DNA of 64,000 nucleotides, taken from contig OZ244207.1 in the NCBI GenBank assembly GCA_965216875.1, positions 352,001 through 416,000 on the forward strand, in the 5' to 3' direction. The DNA is from Rubripirellula sp. (GTDB lineage: Bacteria > Planctomycetota > Planctomycetia > Pirellulales > Pirellulaceae). This document shows positions 10,901 to 19,608 of this stretch, one piece after another (the first letter of the stretch is position 1; every line of letters starts with the position of its first letter). Position numbers and translations under genes: made by a program. Below the pieces are notes generated by a model that was not told the DNA's origin, did no database searches, and worked only from the letters and a program-made list of their open reading frames with translations.

Positions 10901-11373
10901 AGTTTGGCTAGAAAGTAGTCGAGGCGGTCGACCATCTCGTCATCAAAAACTCGGTGCCCATCAACGAGGTCCCGCGCCCACACACCGGACGGTGCGCTCT
11001 GGCCATCCATGTGGTGAAAACGGACTGCGTTGATACCGAGTTTGGCCATGTGGGGCGCGATCGTGTCGGCATCTTCATGCTTCGGGAAGTTGCCCGCAAA
11101 GCAGAGGTTGACGCCCCAAAAACGAATACGCCCGTCGCCGGCGTAGAAGTGGCCGTCTTGGACCCTGACAAATCCCGCTTTGCCGGCAGGTGCGTCAAGC
11201 AAAACGCGGCGACTGGTGAGAGACTCAAACGCATCATCACCTGGGATCACAAACGGAAACCGCTCTGCGTCGTCGGGGACCTGTTGGGCGGTGGTGAAAG
11301 GAGAGGCCGAGAGAATCGATATTGCGATGAGGCAAACGGAACGAAGCCGAATGCAAGCGGTGACAAGATTCAT
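7915..11373 (-). CDS. Large secreted glycoside hydrolase (clan GH-A-like) with inserted CBM4/9-like module and C-terminal esterase domain
   Basis: RFWGVN, GINAVRFHHMD, MLNEN (acid/base), DVHNYWHHP, LTEWNY (nucleophile); C-terminal YPVVYYLHGG, GFSQGG, VPH. Start set at ATG 11373 ahead of a signal peptide. Confidence 0.85.
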   Translation of the reverse strand: MNLVTACIRLRSVCLIAISILSASPFTTAQQVPDDAERFPFVIPGDDAFESLTSRRVLLDAPAGKAGFVRVQDGHFYAGDGRIRFWGVNLCFAGNFPKHEDADTIAPHMAKLGINAVRFHHMDGQSAPSGVWARDLVDGHRVFDDEMVDRLDYFLAKLHENGIYADLNMHCSRTLSEAEGFPPLTGAPWWAGANKWVMYYDADVQSKVKDYCREMLTHKNPYRNHLARVDDPGIALVEMLNENYFSKQGYSLYRKLPRRFQSSLIKAWNRWLTTQYGDTKNMVAQWGQRQPILRDPLFDPSFDPGATHWQYSLDEIELGRSIKAAEIDGVGKVPAVRFEPKRRTEENHGMQLSVVDLTVEADSPYTFECWVRSDEPRSVGIELSTAQNGDWRSLGMFENVASTTQWTKISRVVFPSESIADGANLRLNFGMSAVPVEFAGVSLRPGAAANALPKDQTLESLSVAIPDAGSPVAAHGDMRRFMVETEIAWVTELKRFLQEDLGVKVPIIASQANYHTPEVNLKLNDFIDVHNYWHHPMFPAGAMWSADKWTVGNEPMEADPTRSDWPTNSLLMRTGWRYANKPMTLTEWNYPEPSPYSSGCVPLAASLAALQDWDAVFFFDFDASSKTSDDWNRNQTINFFSFNGQPVKLANLSVFANVFLRGDLAPLRNQRLAPIGSPIDGRHALTHRLAVSPTVTKAPSLPEPSTNHLSTPDGRLSWKSEPPTKGFLKINTGRTQGVWGTIGDQNYQTKDMEWQVGSIDPNYATLVLTSQDGAPITKSRKLLLLASTHTENENMGWNAQRNSVGKDWGQGPTQVMGMNAKVTLENKQVTSVYALDGKGRRVVEIPTKRKGDAISFEISPKYQTLWYEVSGNRQKAKPFAWINPLPKLDAKGLKHGTFESRLAKQKVGYGILLPDGYESSDARYPVVYYLHGGRPGSEAKSARLAEQMVRIRKEHELAPVIYVFVNGGPVSHYNVPDRIGVAGQPDANGADVFIQELIPHIDATYRTIPDRSARGLEGFSQGGRGTMRLSLRYPELFSSVAAGGGGYATEKRISESPDSAESELLRFSKGDNTWDLARRYADRNDAPKLNLMIYVGTDGFNYENNLDYMEFLQDLGIAHRPLIVPDVPHSGTKIYEKQGLEIMRFHERNFRR

Positions 11374-11640
11374 TGAAGATCCGTGGTGGGCACGCCAATC
11401 TCGAACAGCGTGGGGTGTCCGAGTGAAGACATTATGGTAGCCAGAATGCACGTTAACAAAACACTGACCCCCATTCGGCTGAGTTGTCGTCGCAGCGCGT
11501 GGGAGTGTGAGGCTTCAAGCGATGTCAAACTACAACGTTTTTAGGGAAGCTTGATGGCAGCGTCATTTGCAAGTGCCCCACCAATTGCTTCAACTATTGG
11601 AGCATGACAACACGAGTTCAAGTTTCAAGGAGAGCAACCA

Positions 11641-12951
11641 ATGAGTAGACAACACGTGATCCGAATTTGTCTCTTTGTGTCGCTTCTGTGGGGTGGGTTA
11701 ACGAATCAACCGAACTGCTTGGCTCAAAACGGAACGCTCGCCGAACCGTTCCCAGCGTCGGGATCCAACGCGGCGCTTGACTACCAACGGGCCATCATCC
11801 ATTTGGCAAATGTTGACGACACCCGAGTGCTGTCCAAGCCGATTTGGGAAGTCTTGCCGTCCGTGCCTGAGAAGCAACTTCCTGCGTCGATCGAGCGGCT
11901 GCTGACCAAGGGGCGATTTGCCGTGCAATCTGCGGCGGCAGGAACGCGGGCCCACCACTGTGACTTTGGAATCGATTTCCGCCAAGGCGGTGCCGCTGTG
12001 CAGCTGCCTCACGTGGAACCGTTGGTGAAGATTGGGCGATTGCTGACCCTTCGCGGTGCGCTCGCACAGTCGCGTGGCGATTGGCAGGGGGCGATGATCA
12101 TCTACTTTGACGGCTTGCGTCTGGGACGACATCTCAACCAACAGAACACCTTGATTGAATCGCTGGCTGGCATCGAGATTCTGCGGAACAACTATTACGC
12201 ACTCGCGAGTTGGGCATGTCATTGCCCCTCACGGCCTCTTGTTGCTCGAGCATTTGGACTGTTCGAGTCGTTGCAGTCGACGTTGGTTCAACCGGCACAG
12301 GTCATTACCCGCGAGTCCAGCATTCTGGCACTTGAAATCGAGCGGCTCGCACTCAACTATCCGGATGGCCCGTGGGCCTACCAGTTGCTTGATTCTTACG
12401 GTATCGAGCCGTCGGGCGATCCAAAGCAGGATGCCAAGAAAGCGATTGAGGTTTGCACGCAAAAGGGTGTGCCGAGTGAAACGTTCGAATCCGTCAAAAA
12501 CTTCAGGTCCTACTTGGCGAAGATTCGTTCGAGCAGCAATCGACTGACCGAGGCGATCGGTGCCTGCGTGAGCTTGCCCGCCAAGGCCCGCGTTCAGCGA
12601 GCGATCGCTTTGAAGCAAAAGTACAAGTCGCTCTTAAAGGTCCTCGATGATGACACTTCGGTCGATCCAGTCGAAGTGTCGGTGTTTATTGGCGAGCATG
12701 ATGCGGAACGGACCATCCTGCGCGTCGCTCTAGCCGTCGCAGCGAGCAAGGACGAGGGCAAGTATCCCGAGTCAATCAAAGAAGTTGCTGATCGTTTTGG
12801 TGGCAGCACACCCCAGGATCCCTACCGCGGTGGCGACATTGGATTTCACCGCAGTGAGGACGGCTCGAGTTTTGAATTGACGGTCGACTCGCTCGGGAAG
12901 CTCCCTCGCGTTCATTTTGCGAGTGTCCCACCATCGGGACCGACTCCCTAG
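11641..12951 (+). CDS. Secreted hypothetical helical protein
   Basis: AGGAG SD upstream, signal peptide, NAALDYQRA and C-terminal DPY motifs. Confidence 0.85.
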   Translation: MSRQHVIRICLFVSLLWGGLTNQPNCLAQNGTLAEPFPASGSNAALDYQRAIIHLANVDDTRVLSKPIWEVLPSVPEKQLPASIERLLTKGRFAVQSAAAGTRAHHCDFGIDFRQGGAAVQLPHVEPLVKIGRLLTLRGALAQSRGDWQGAMIIYFDGLRLGRHLNQQNTLIESLAGIEILRNNYYALASWACHCPSRPLVARAFGLFESLQSTLVQPAQVITRESSILALEIERLALNYPDGPWAYQLLDSYGIEPSGDPKQDAKKAIEVCTQKGVPSETFESVKNFRSYLAKIRSSSNRLTEAIGACVSLPAKARVQRAIALKQKYKSLLKVLDDDTSVDPVEVSVFIGEHDAERTILRVALAVAASKDEGKYPESIKEVADRFGGSTPQDPYRGGDIGFHRSEDGSSFELTVDSLGKLPRVHFASVPPSGPTP

Positions 12952-13029
12952 TCGATTGCACACGATTCCAGCGCCAATCCATCCAAACACAAAGCACGAA
13001 ACATCGACGCATCGCGTCAGGAGATAAGA

Positions 13030-14436
13030 ATGACTTCCAAACCCCACCGATCTGCAGTGACCGTCGCAGTTTCGTTGATGTTGGTCATCGCTATTTCACA
13101 ACCTTCCAGCGCTGCCAAGGTTAGCGTTGACGGCAAAGTCGTGATCGCCAACGTTGACCGATATGACGCGACGTTCAAAGTGGGAAAGGTTCGCAAGACC
13201 GTTGCGCCCAAAAAGGCGAGCGTGTTGAGTCCAAAGAAGTTCCCGATCGAAATTGAAATCTGGACCGGCGCCAAGAATGACGCGCGATGGGCGCCACAGA
13301 AAATCGACTCAGCAGGGATCTATACCTTCCGATTTCAAGCGGGACGGTGGACGCTCAGCAAACACCAAGCGAAACCAAAGTCGGCAGCGACGACGCGGCC
13401 GACTCAGTCGCAAACTCAAAACCGCGTCGCGGCTCGGCCAACCTATCGCCGAACCACCGGTTCGCGATCACGCGTTGTTCGCGGTAGCGGTCGGATTTAT
13501 CGAGGTCCGCGATTTCCACTTCTCTACAGGGTCGCCGGGGATGCACTCTGGCTGTACCGATTCATTCGTGATGAGGAAGATCGTGAGTGGATCCGCGACA
13601 TCATTCTTGGCGAAGAGATTGATCGGGAAATCGAGAGAATTCTCGATCGGCTTGATGCGGTCAACCTTCCCGCTGAGGATCGGTTGCGGTTGGAAGAGGC
13701 GATCGATGATCTGAGGAATCTGAGTGACCAAGACTTAAAGGATCTCGACGCCGCTACCAACGACGAATGGGATGCGGTCCGTGATGAACTGGGCGATCAG
13801 GTTACCGACAACGCTTGGACGGAAGTTGAGTCGGACCTCTCGGACTTGGGCGTAGATGACCTGTCAGAGGGTGAGACGGCGGACCTTGGCGATCTAGGGA
13901 TTGGCGATATCGAGAGTAACCTCGACTTTGGTGATCTCGACACCGGAAACATGGATCTGGACGCAATGGACTTGGGCGCGATGGACCAGGGCGGATTCGG
14001 TGGTTCGCTCGACAATGTTGACCTGGGCGACATCGGGGGCGGCATCGAAGACATCGATGTTGGTGACCTGGGTGGATTCGGCGGCGGCGGATTCGATGGC
14101 GGTTTCGCGCCCGGCGGTGGTTTTGAACCTGGTGGCGGCCTCGATGGTGGATTTGACGGCGGCGGCGGATTCGATGGCGGTTTCGCGCCCGGCGGTGGTT
14201 TTGAACCTGGTGGCGGCCTCGATGGTGGATTTGACGGCGGCGGCGGATTCGATGGCGGCTATGGCGGCGGTTTCGATGGTGGCTATGGCGGCGGCTTTGA
14301 CTATGACGCCGGCGGGTTCGACGATTTCGGTGGTGGCTTTGAAGACTTTGGCGGGGGCGGTGATTTCGGCGGAGGCGGCTTTGATGATTTCGGAGGCGGC
14401 TTCGATGATTTCGGAGGCGGTTTCGACGATTTCTAG
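13030..14436 (+). CDS. Secreted protein with basic N-terminus, acidic middle and Gly/Phe/Asp low-complexity tail
   Basis: AGGAG SD, signal peptide, C-terminal GGGFD/DDFGGG repeats. Confidence 0.85.
   Translation: MTSKPHRSAVTVAVSLMLVIAISQPSSAAKVSVDGKVVIANVDRYDATFKVGKVRKTVAPKKASVLSPKKFPIEIEIWTGAKNDARWAPQKIDSAGIYTFRFQAGRWTLSKHQAKPKSAATTRPTQSQTQNRVAARPTYRRTTGSRSRVVRGSGRIYRGPRFPLLYRVAGDALWLYRFIRDEEDREWIRDIILGEEIDREIERILDRLDAVNLPAEDRLRLEEAIDDLRNLSDQDLKDLDAATNDEWDAVRDELGDQVTDNAWTEVESDLSDLGVDDLSEGETADLGDLGIGDIESNLDFGDLDTGNMDLDAMDLGAMDQGGFGGSLDNVDLGDIGGGIEDIDVGDLGGFGGGGFDGGFAPGGGFEPGGGLDGGFDGGGGFDGGFAPGGGFEPGGGLDGGFDGGGGFDGGYGGGFDGGYGGGFDYDAGGFDDFGGGFEDFGGGGDFGGGGFDDFGGGFDDFGGGFDDF
14080..14258 (+). 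repeat. Intragenic perfect 78-bp tandem repeat, about 2.3 copies
   Basis: Units start at 14080, 14158 and 14236 and encode GGGGFDGGFAPGGGFEPGGGLDGGFD. Confidence 0.95.
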
Positions 14437-14446
14437 TTTTCGTTCG

Positions 14447-14686
14447 ACCTCTCCCGCTCGCGGGAGAGGTCGTGCTCTCGGTCTTCGGTTCGGTGGCTCA
14501 CGCCACCGGCACGGATATTTCGCCCTCCGGGCTACAGTTTCAAAGTCCCGCTGAGCCCGGAGGGCGGTAAATCACAGCCGGCGGCGTCATCCGCCGGTTT
14601 GCTGAGCCGCGATCGCGTGAGCGGCCGGGCCTTACTCGCATTCACGCGTCGGCAAGGGCCCGAGGCCTCACGGCCAGCGGCTCACG
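14447..14686. repeat. Composite cluster of palindromic/REP-like elements
   Basis: ACCTCTCCCGCTCGCGGGAGAGGT hairpin; inverted pair CGCCCTCCGGGCT/AGCCCGGAGGGCG; 14654-14685 is the reverse complement of 46649-46680. Confidence 0.8.
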
Positions 14687-14815
14687 GGCACTGTCTCGAT
14701 GTGAAGCTGGGGGAACCTTGACGACTGTTCCGATTTTGCTGGCGGCCGGCCGGATGGGGAATCGATAGCGAGTAGGTGTGACACCCTAGAAACCTCGCTG
14801 CGAGATGGACCGATC

Positions 14816-15538
14816 ATGTTGTCGAAAAGCCTGCCGGCCGTTGTGATTGCTTGGTTGTTTTGCGGCACCGTCGTTTCGCAAGAGCCGAACCGTTTCGAGG
14901 ATTCGAGGACAACGGCTTCGCTCGCACAAATCATCCGCACCGCGACGCCTGAGCAAATCGGACTTGGAGACCAAACGGCGGTTGCCGCGCCGGTACCGAT
15001 ACCTGCATCTCGCCACGATCCTCGTCCATTGCAGCAGGTTCAGTTCGAGGTAGTCGATACGGAACCAGCCAGGCCAAGTGGCAGGTCACTTGACGACCAG
15101 CTTGCTCAGCTGCGAAAACCGATCGGCCAAATCGTCGTCGACACTCAAAGTAGTCAGTCAGGGACCCCGGTCGATGTGCGAGTGCCCATGTCGGATGAGC
15201 TGCTCGTCACCTCCTTCGCCGCAGAAATTCCTGGCCCCGATCGGTACAGCTATCCGATGCGTCATCGTCCTCTGTATTACGAACAACCCAACCTCGAGCG
15301 ATGCGGGCACCACTTCTGTTATTTCCAGAATGGCGTCTCGGCGGTTCAATTCATTGGCGGCACGTTTCTGTTGCCTTACAAGATTGCCAAGCAGCGAGCG
15401 GATTGCACCTTGCCAAGCAAAGGCGATTGCAAGTGTTGCGAGATCCTGCCTTGTGGCTGTGGCTTGTTGCCGATCAGTGGTTGTGCCACGGCGACGGAAG
15501 TGGCCGCGCTTGCAGGGTTCTCATTCCTGCTGCTCTAG
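14816..15538 (+). CDS. Secreted hypothetical protein with Cys-rich C-terminus
   Basis: Signal peptide; HRPLYYEQPNLERCG motif, recalled from planctomycete-specific proteins; hydrophobic C-terminus. Confidence 0.8.
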   Translation: MLSKSLPAVVIAWLFCGTVVSQEPNRFEDSRTTASLAQIIRTATPEQIGLGDQTAVAAPVPIPASRHDPRPLQQVQFEVVDTEPARPSGRSLDDQLAQLRKPIGQIVVDTQSSQSGTPVDVRVPMSDELLVTSFAAEIPGPDRYSYPMRHRPLYYEQPNLERCGHHFCYFQNGVSAVQFIGGTFLLPYKIAKQRADCTLPSKGDCKCCEILPCGCGLLPISGCATATEVAALAGFSFLLL

Positions 15539-15546
15539 CCAGTACG

Positions 15547-16611
15547 CTACTCGGCAGTGTCATCAAGACCGTAGTCTTTGATCTTTTTGTGCAGCGTGTT
15601 GCGATTGATGCCCAAGCGTGTTGCAGCTTTAGTTTGGACGCCGCCACAGGAAGCAAGGATTTGCGCGATCAATTCCTTCTCCACTCGTTCGACGATCACG
15701 GAATGGATTTCGCCAGCTTTCGCGTTCGGGTCGCTCAAGCCACGCATCACGACTTCGCGAGTCAGCGAATCGATGTCTCCCGAGATGGTTGCACTCGTTT
15801 CCGGCGTTTCGCTACTGGTGACGCAACGGGGTAGCAGGTCGACGGTCAACTCGTCGGTTTCCGACATCACGACGGCACGTTCGATATAGTTCTGCAATTC
15901 GCGGACGTTCCCAGGCCAGTGGTAGTCCTGGAGCGCTTCGATCACCCCCGGTCCGTAATAGACAACGTAGCGATCGTTGACTTCGTTGTAGTACTCGAGA
16001 AAGTACGACACGAGCGCGGGGATGTCTTCGCGTCTTCGCCGCAGCGGTGGAATCTCAATTGGGACAACGTTCAGCCGCCAGTAAAGGTCTTCGCGAAAGC
16101 GTTCCGACTTGACCTCTTGCATCAAGTCTCGGTTGCTGGCGGCAATGATTCTTGCATCGGTGCTGAGTGTGCTGGTGTCGCCAACGCGTTCAAATTCTTT
16201 CTCTTGCAGCACTCGGAGCAGTTTCACTTGCAGCGTGAGCGAAGTGCTGTTGATTTCATCCAGGAAGACGGTGCCGCCGTCGGCTGCTTCGAATCGTCCG
16301 GTGCGGTTGGCGACGGCTCCCGTGAAGGCTCCTCGGACGTGGCCAAAGAGTTCGCTCTCGAGCAAGCTTTCGCTTAACGCACCGCAGTTGACTTTGACAA
16401 ATGGTCCGCCACCGCGATGGCTAAGTTTGTGAACGGCGTTTGCGATCAATTCCTTGCCGCAACCGGTTTCGCCAAGAATCAAAACCGACGCATTGCTGCC
16501 TGCGACGCGGCGCGTAATTCGATACACCTCCTGCATCGCCGGCGAAGTGCCGATGATTCCTTCGATGGGAGGTCCGCCGGACCCTTGAGGTGGGATGCCG
16601 AGAATCGCCAT
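15547..16611 (-). CDS. Sigma-54 enhancer-binding protein (AAA+ plus Fis-type HTH) lacking an N-terminal sensory domain
   Basis: [41 protein letters not shown]-terminal [15 protein letters not shown]. Confidence 0.93.
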   Translation of the reverse strand: MAILGIPPQGSGGPPIEGIIGTSPAMQEVYRITRRVAGSNASVLILGETGCGKELIANAVHKLSHRGGGPFVKVNCGALSESLLESELFGHVRGAFTGAVANRTGRFEAADGGTVFLDEINSTSLTLQVKLLRVLQEKEFERVGDTSTLSTDARIIAASNRDLMQEVKSERFREDLYWRLNVVPIEIPPLRRRREDIPALVSYFLEYYNEVNDRYVVYYGPGVIEALQDYHWPGNVRELQNYIERAVVMSETDELTVDLLPRCVTSSETPETSATISGDIDSLTREVVMRGLSDPNAKAGEIHSVIVERVEKELIAQILASCGGVQTKAATRLGINRNTLHKKIKDYGLDDTAE

Positions 16612-16888
16612 AACTCGTCACGAAACGTCACTACGGTTGCCTGCGTCGGGTCCTTTCCGTTTCCGTGTTGATGGGAGAGGAACGTTGGCACAACCGTTTT
16701 TCAGTGCACGTTCATCGTGCACCGCGGCAGCGCCACGACCGATGCGTGCACTGTGCTCCAGTCGCCAAACGGTGTTGCACGCTCGTTCGACCAGTTCCGG
16801 AATCGCACAATACCCGCCAATCGCGATGCCAGCAGGAGTGACGATACCCCGAAATGACCCATCGCGGTAGCCTTGATAGCCTGGGCAA

Positions 16889-18832
16889 CTACCGAAGCGG
16901 GCCAGCTTTGGTCAGATAATGCCCCGCTTCCTGTTGGTAAAGCTGCCGATCGACGGAGGTTAACGGCGGCAAGCGGCGCATTCGGTCGATTTGCGTGACC
17001 AAATCACGAAAAGCAAACGTCGATACGGGTCTTTCGATCTGTATCGCTGGTGCGGCCCAACGCTCCGAGTCGAGGCCGATCACTTCATCTTCGCCATAGA
17101 AAACGATCGGGACATGGTGCCCGCGTTGAGTTCGACGCACGAGATCGAGCATCTCGATCGCCGTGGCATCACGCAATCTCGTCGTTGAAACGATCATGCG
17201 GATATCGCCACCGTCGCGGATGAGCCGTTGAACTTGGTTGACCGAACCGGCGATGCGGACTTCGTAACCCATCTGTCCGAGGATCTGTTCCTGAACAAGG
17301 ATGGTCTCGGGGCTGGTTTCAACGAGCACGACGGTCGGCAGTTTGTCGAGCGTTCGCAGTTCCGCCAGCGTTCTGCGGACACGGCTGCTACCGGCATACG
17401 GAGTGGAGCCTGCAAGTTTGGCGGCGACCAATGCCGCCTCGAACCGAACGCGAGGTCGGCTGTGCGTGGCCGCTTCAACCAACGGGGTGACTTTGGCGTC
17501 ACCCGATCGAAGCAGTTCCTCGATCGCAAGCGGGGTCACGTTGTCCGTGTCAACCAAGCGAATCAGCCCAATCATCGCTGGTTCATCGTCTTTTTCGATT
17601 GCCGACGCGAGCGCCCACGAGAGTGCTGATCCAGACACCGATTGTCCGTAGGCTTTTCGAACCGCGTCCTTTTGTTCGGCATCACCCCAATCGGGATCCA
17701 CCAGGACTTGGTACCCAACGTCGGTCAGAACCACTTTGGTTTGAACGTCGGCGGGAAGATAACCGATTCGCCGTAATCGAGACGCCACGTCCACTGCTGC
17801 GCGATAGTTGGCCATCATCACCGAAGTCAACTCGGCGTTGACCGAAGTGCGATCCGAACCAACCACCCAAACCTCTGCCATTTGGGAATCGTTTGGAGTC
17901 GAACGCGCGACCTTGAGCAACTGTTCAAGATGTCGTGCCAGTCCTCGAACGACTGCATTCTGTGATGGCGTTTCCAAGCCCAGTTGCTTCAAAATACCTT
18001 TGGCCGAATCCTGTTCCTCTGGTGATGCATCGGCGGCGTACAACGCTGTGATCACATCCGCCATCGACTCTTCTCGCCCCAGGCGAGCGAGCGCTGCGGT
18101 GGCGTGGCGGCGTGCATCAGGTGTTCCATAGATGGCAACCTGCTGCAATGCATCGACGCCGCCGGAACCTAAACGCATCAAGATCCGAAGCAGTTCATCT
18201 CGCGTGGCATCGCGCTGTCCAGCGGCAATTGCGGAAACGATCTCGACAACAGAAAGGTTGCCACCTTGAAGTAGTTGTCGAGAGGCGCCTAGTTGAACAT
18301 CGGTTTGATTGCTGGAGAGTTGTGAGATCGCATTCTTGAGCCGTTCGGGGGCTTGGCGAATTTTGGCTGCTTTGTCGGCCAAGCGTTTTGCCGCCTCACG
18401 CCCAGCCGGAGTGACCTTTTCATTGAGCTGTATCTTCAACAAATTTGCCGGTCCGATGATTCGTGCCACTTCTTCGGTCTCGGCGTCACTCATCGGGCGA
18501 GAGCCCGCGATTTCAATGAGCTGGCTAACTTCCTTCCACCGATTCAGCCGTGTCAATCGCTGGGTCGATTCGGCAAGTTGAATGTTGCCGCGACCGGCGA
18601 TCTCAAGCAGTTGAATGACTATCGGTGTCGGTGGGACTTCTTCTTCCTGCGGTTCTTCCTTTTCCTCTTCTGGCTCGTCCTTTTCTTCTTCGTCGAAGGT
18701 CCCCTCTGGAATATCAGGGAAGGGATCGTCACGCATCTGAGCGACCGCCATTGGTGACATACTGACCAATGAGATAAGGAACACCACGACCAAGAGATTG
18801 CGTGGATGCCAGAAAAGGTTCGTGCGTCGCAT
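16889..18832 (-). CDS. Exported HEAT/ARM-repeat protein with C-terminal receiver-like domain
   Basis: N-terminal hydrophobic segment; HEAT-like repeats (RVRFEAALV); C-terminal VVLVET..LGQMGYEVR..AIEMLDLVR..VPIVF lacks the canonical Asp/Lys. Start set at ATG 18832. Confidence 0.75.
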   Translation of the reverse strand: MRRTNLFWHPRNLLVVVFLISLVSMSPMAVAQMRDDPFPDIPEGTFDEEEKDEPEEEKEEPQEEEVPPTPIVIQLLEIAGRGNIQLAESTQRLTRLNRWKEVSQLIEIAGSRPMSDAETEEVARIIGPANLLKIQLNEKVTPAGREAAKRLADKAAKIRQAPERLKNAISQLSSNQTDVQLGASRQLLQGGNLSVVEIVSAIAAGQRDATRDELLRILMRLGSGGVDALQQVAIYGTPDARRHATAALARLGREESMADVITALYAADASPEEQDSAKGILKQLGLETPSQNAVVRGLARHLEQLLKVARSTPNDSQMAEVWVVGSDRTSVNAELTSVMMANYRAAVDVASRLRRIGYLPADVQTKVVLTDVGYQVLVDPDWGDAEQKDAVRKAYGQSVSGSALSWALASAIEKDDEPAMIGLIRLVDTDNVTPLAIEELLRSGDAKVTPLVEAATHSRPRVRFEAALVAAKLAGSTPYAGSSRVRRTLAELRTLDKLPTVVLVETSPETILVQEQILGQMGYEVRIAGSVNQVQRLIRDGGDIRMIVSTTRLRDATAIEMLDLVRRTQRGHHVPIVFYGEDEVIGLDSERWAAPAIQIERPVSTFAFRDLVTQIDRMRRLPPLTSVDRQLYQQEAGHYLTKAGPLR

Positions 18833-19028
18833 GTGCGGAACTGAATGAAAAGGAGACAAAGCGAATCGGCGGACCGCCGGGCTCCACCATCATAGTTGCC
18901 AAATCGACCTTGGCCCGGATCGCCCCAAAAGTTGGCTTGCGGCAGCAAACACCGGAGAATTCGGCTGTCGTTGCCGACGTCGGCGGGCTGTCGCCGACGA
19001 AACGAAGTGATCGCGGGCCTAGCTGGCC

Positions 19029-19499
19029 CTACAGGGGGGCGTCCTCGAGCGATTCAAGAAGGTCCTGTTTGGCGTCCCACTGCAGCGTTCCTTCTTCGGG
19101 ATCGCCCAACATTTTGAGTTGCTTGTCGACCAACTCGACGTGTCGATCCCAATGCTGTTGGACTTCGACCTTGCCGGGGACGACGCGAGGTCGCAAACGT
19201 TCGCGACGCTGACGCATGAACTCTTGGTCCATCGCGATGGCTTGGTCACGAATGGCTTGCGCTTCGGACTGAGCCCGTTCCGAACGCCGGTCGAGCCAAA
19301 TGTTGCGCGAATGTTGCTGGGCAATCGACTCGGGGCTGCCTTCCTCGAACGTCAGCGCCTTCGACCTGAAGGGCAAGCTGAGTGCCCAGGTCATGATGAT
19401 GCCGGAGAAGACGAAGGAGATCATCAGCCACAGCCGACCGTTGTTGGCTTTGCGGGCTTCAGCTTTTTGTTCAGTCGATTCCGTTTTCTTTTCGGACAC
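19029..19499 (-). CDS. Hypothetical membrane-anchored protein
   Basis: GTG 19499 with upstream GAGG; one TM helix followed by a coiled region. Confidence 0.7.
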   Translation of the reverse strand: MSEKKTESTEQKAEARKANNGRLWLMISFVFSGIIMTWALSLPFRSKALTFEEGSPESIAQQHSRNIWLDRRSERAQSEAQAIRDQAIAMDQEFMRQRRERLRPRVVPGKVEVQQHWDRHVELVDKQLKMLGDPEEGTLQWDAKQDLLESLEDAPL

Positions 19500-19608
19500 G
19501 GAGAACCTCTTTGATTTGTCCCGGTGCGGGTGAACGCCAAAACCGCGGAGCATCCAAGCGGATGATCCACGGCAGGCGTTCAAAGTTTTGGGGTGGGGTA
19601 GGGTTGGT

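Noticed and set aside
16686..16702. Sigma-54 promoter at TGGCAC
   Set aside because: There is no GC at the -12 position, and it points away from the plausible target gene
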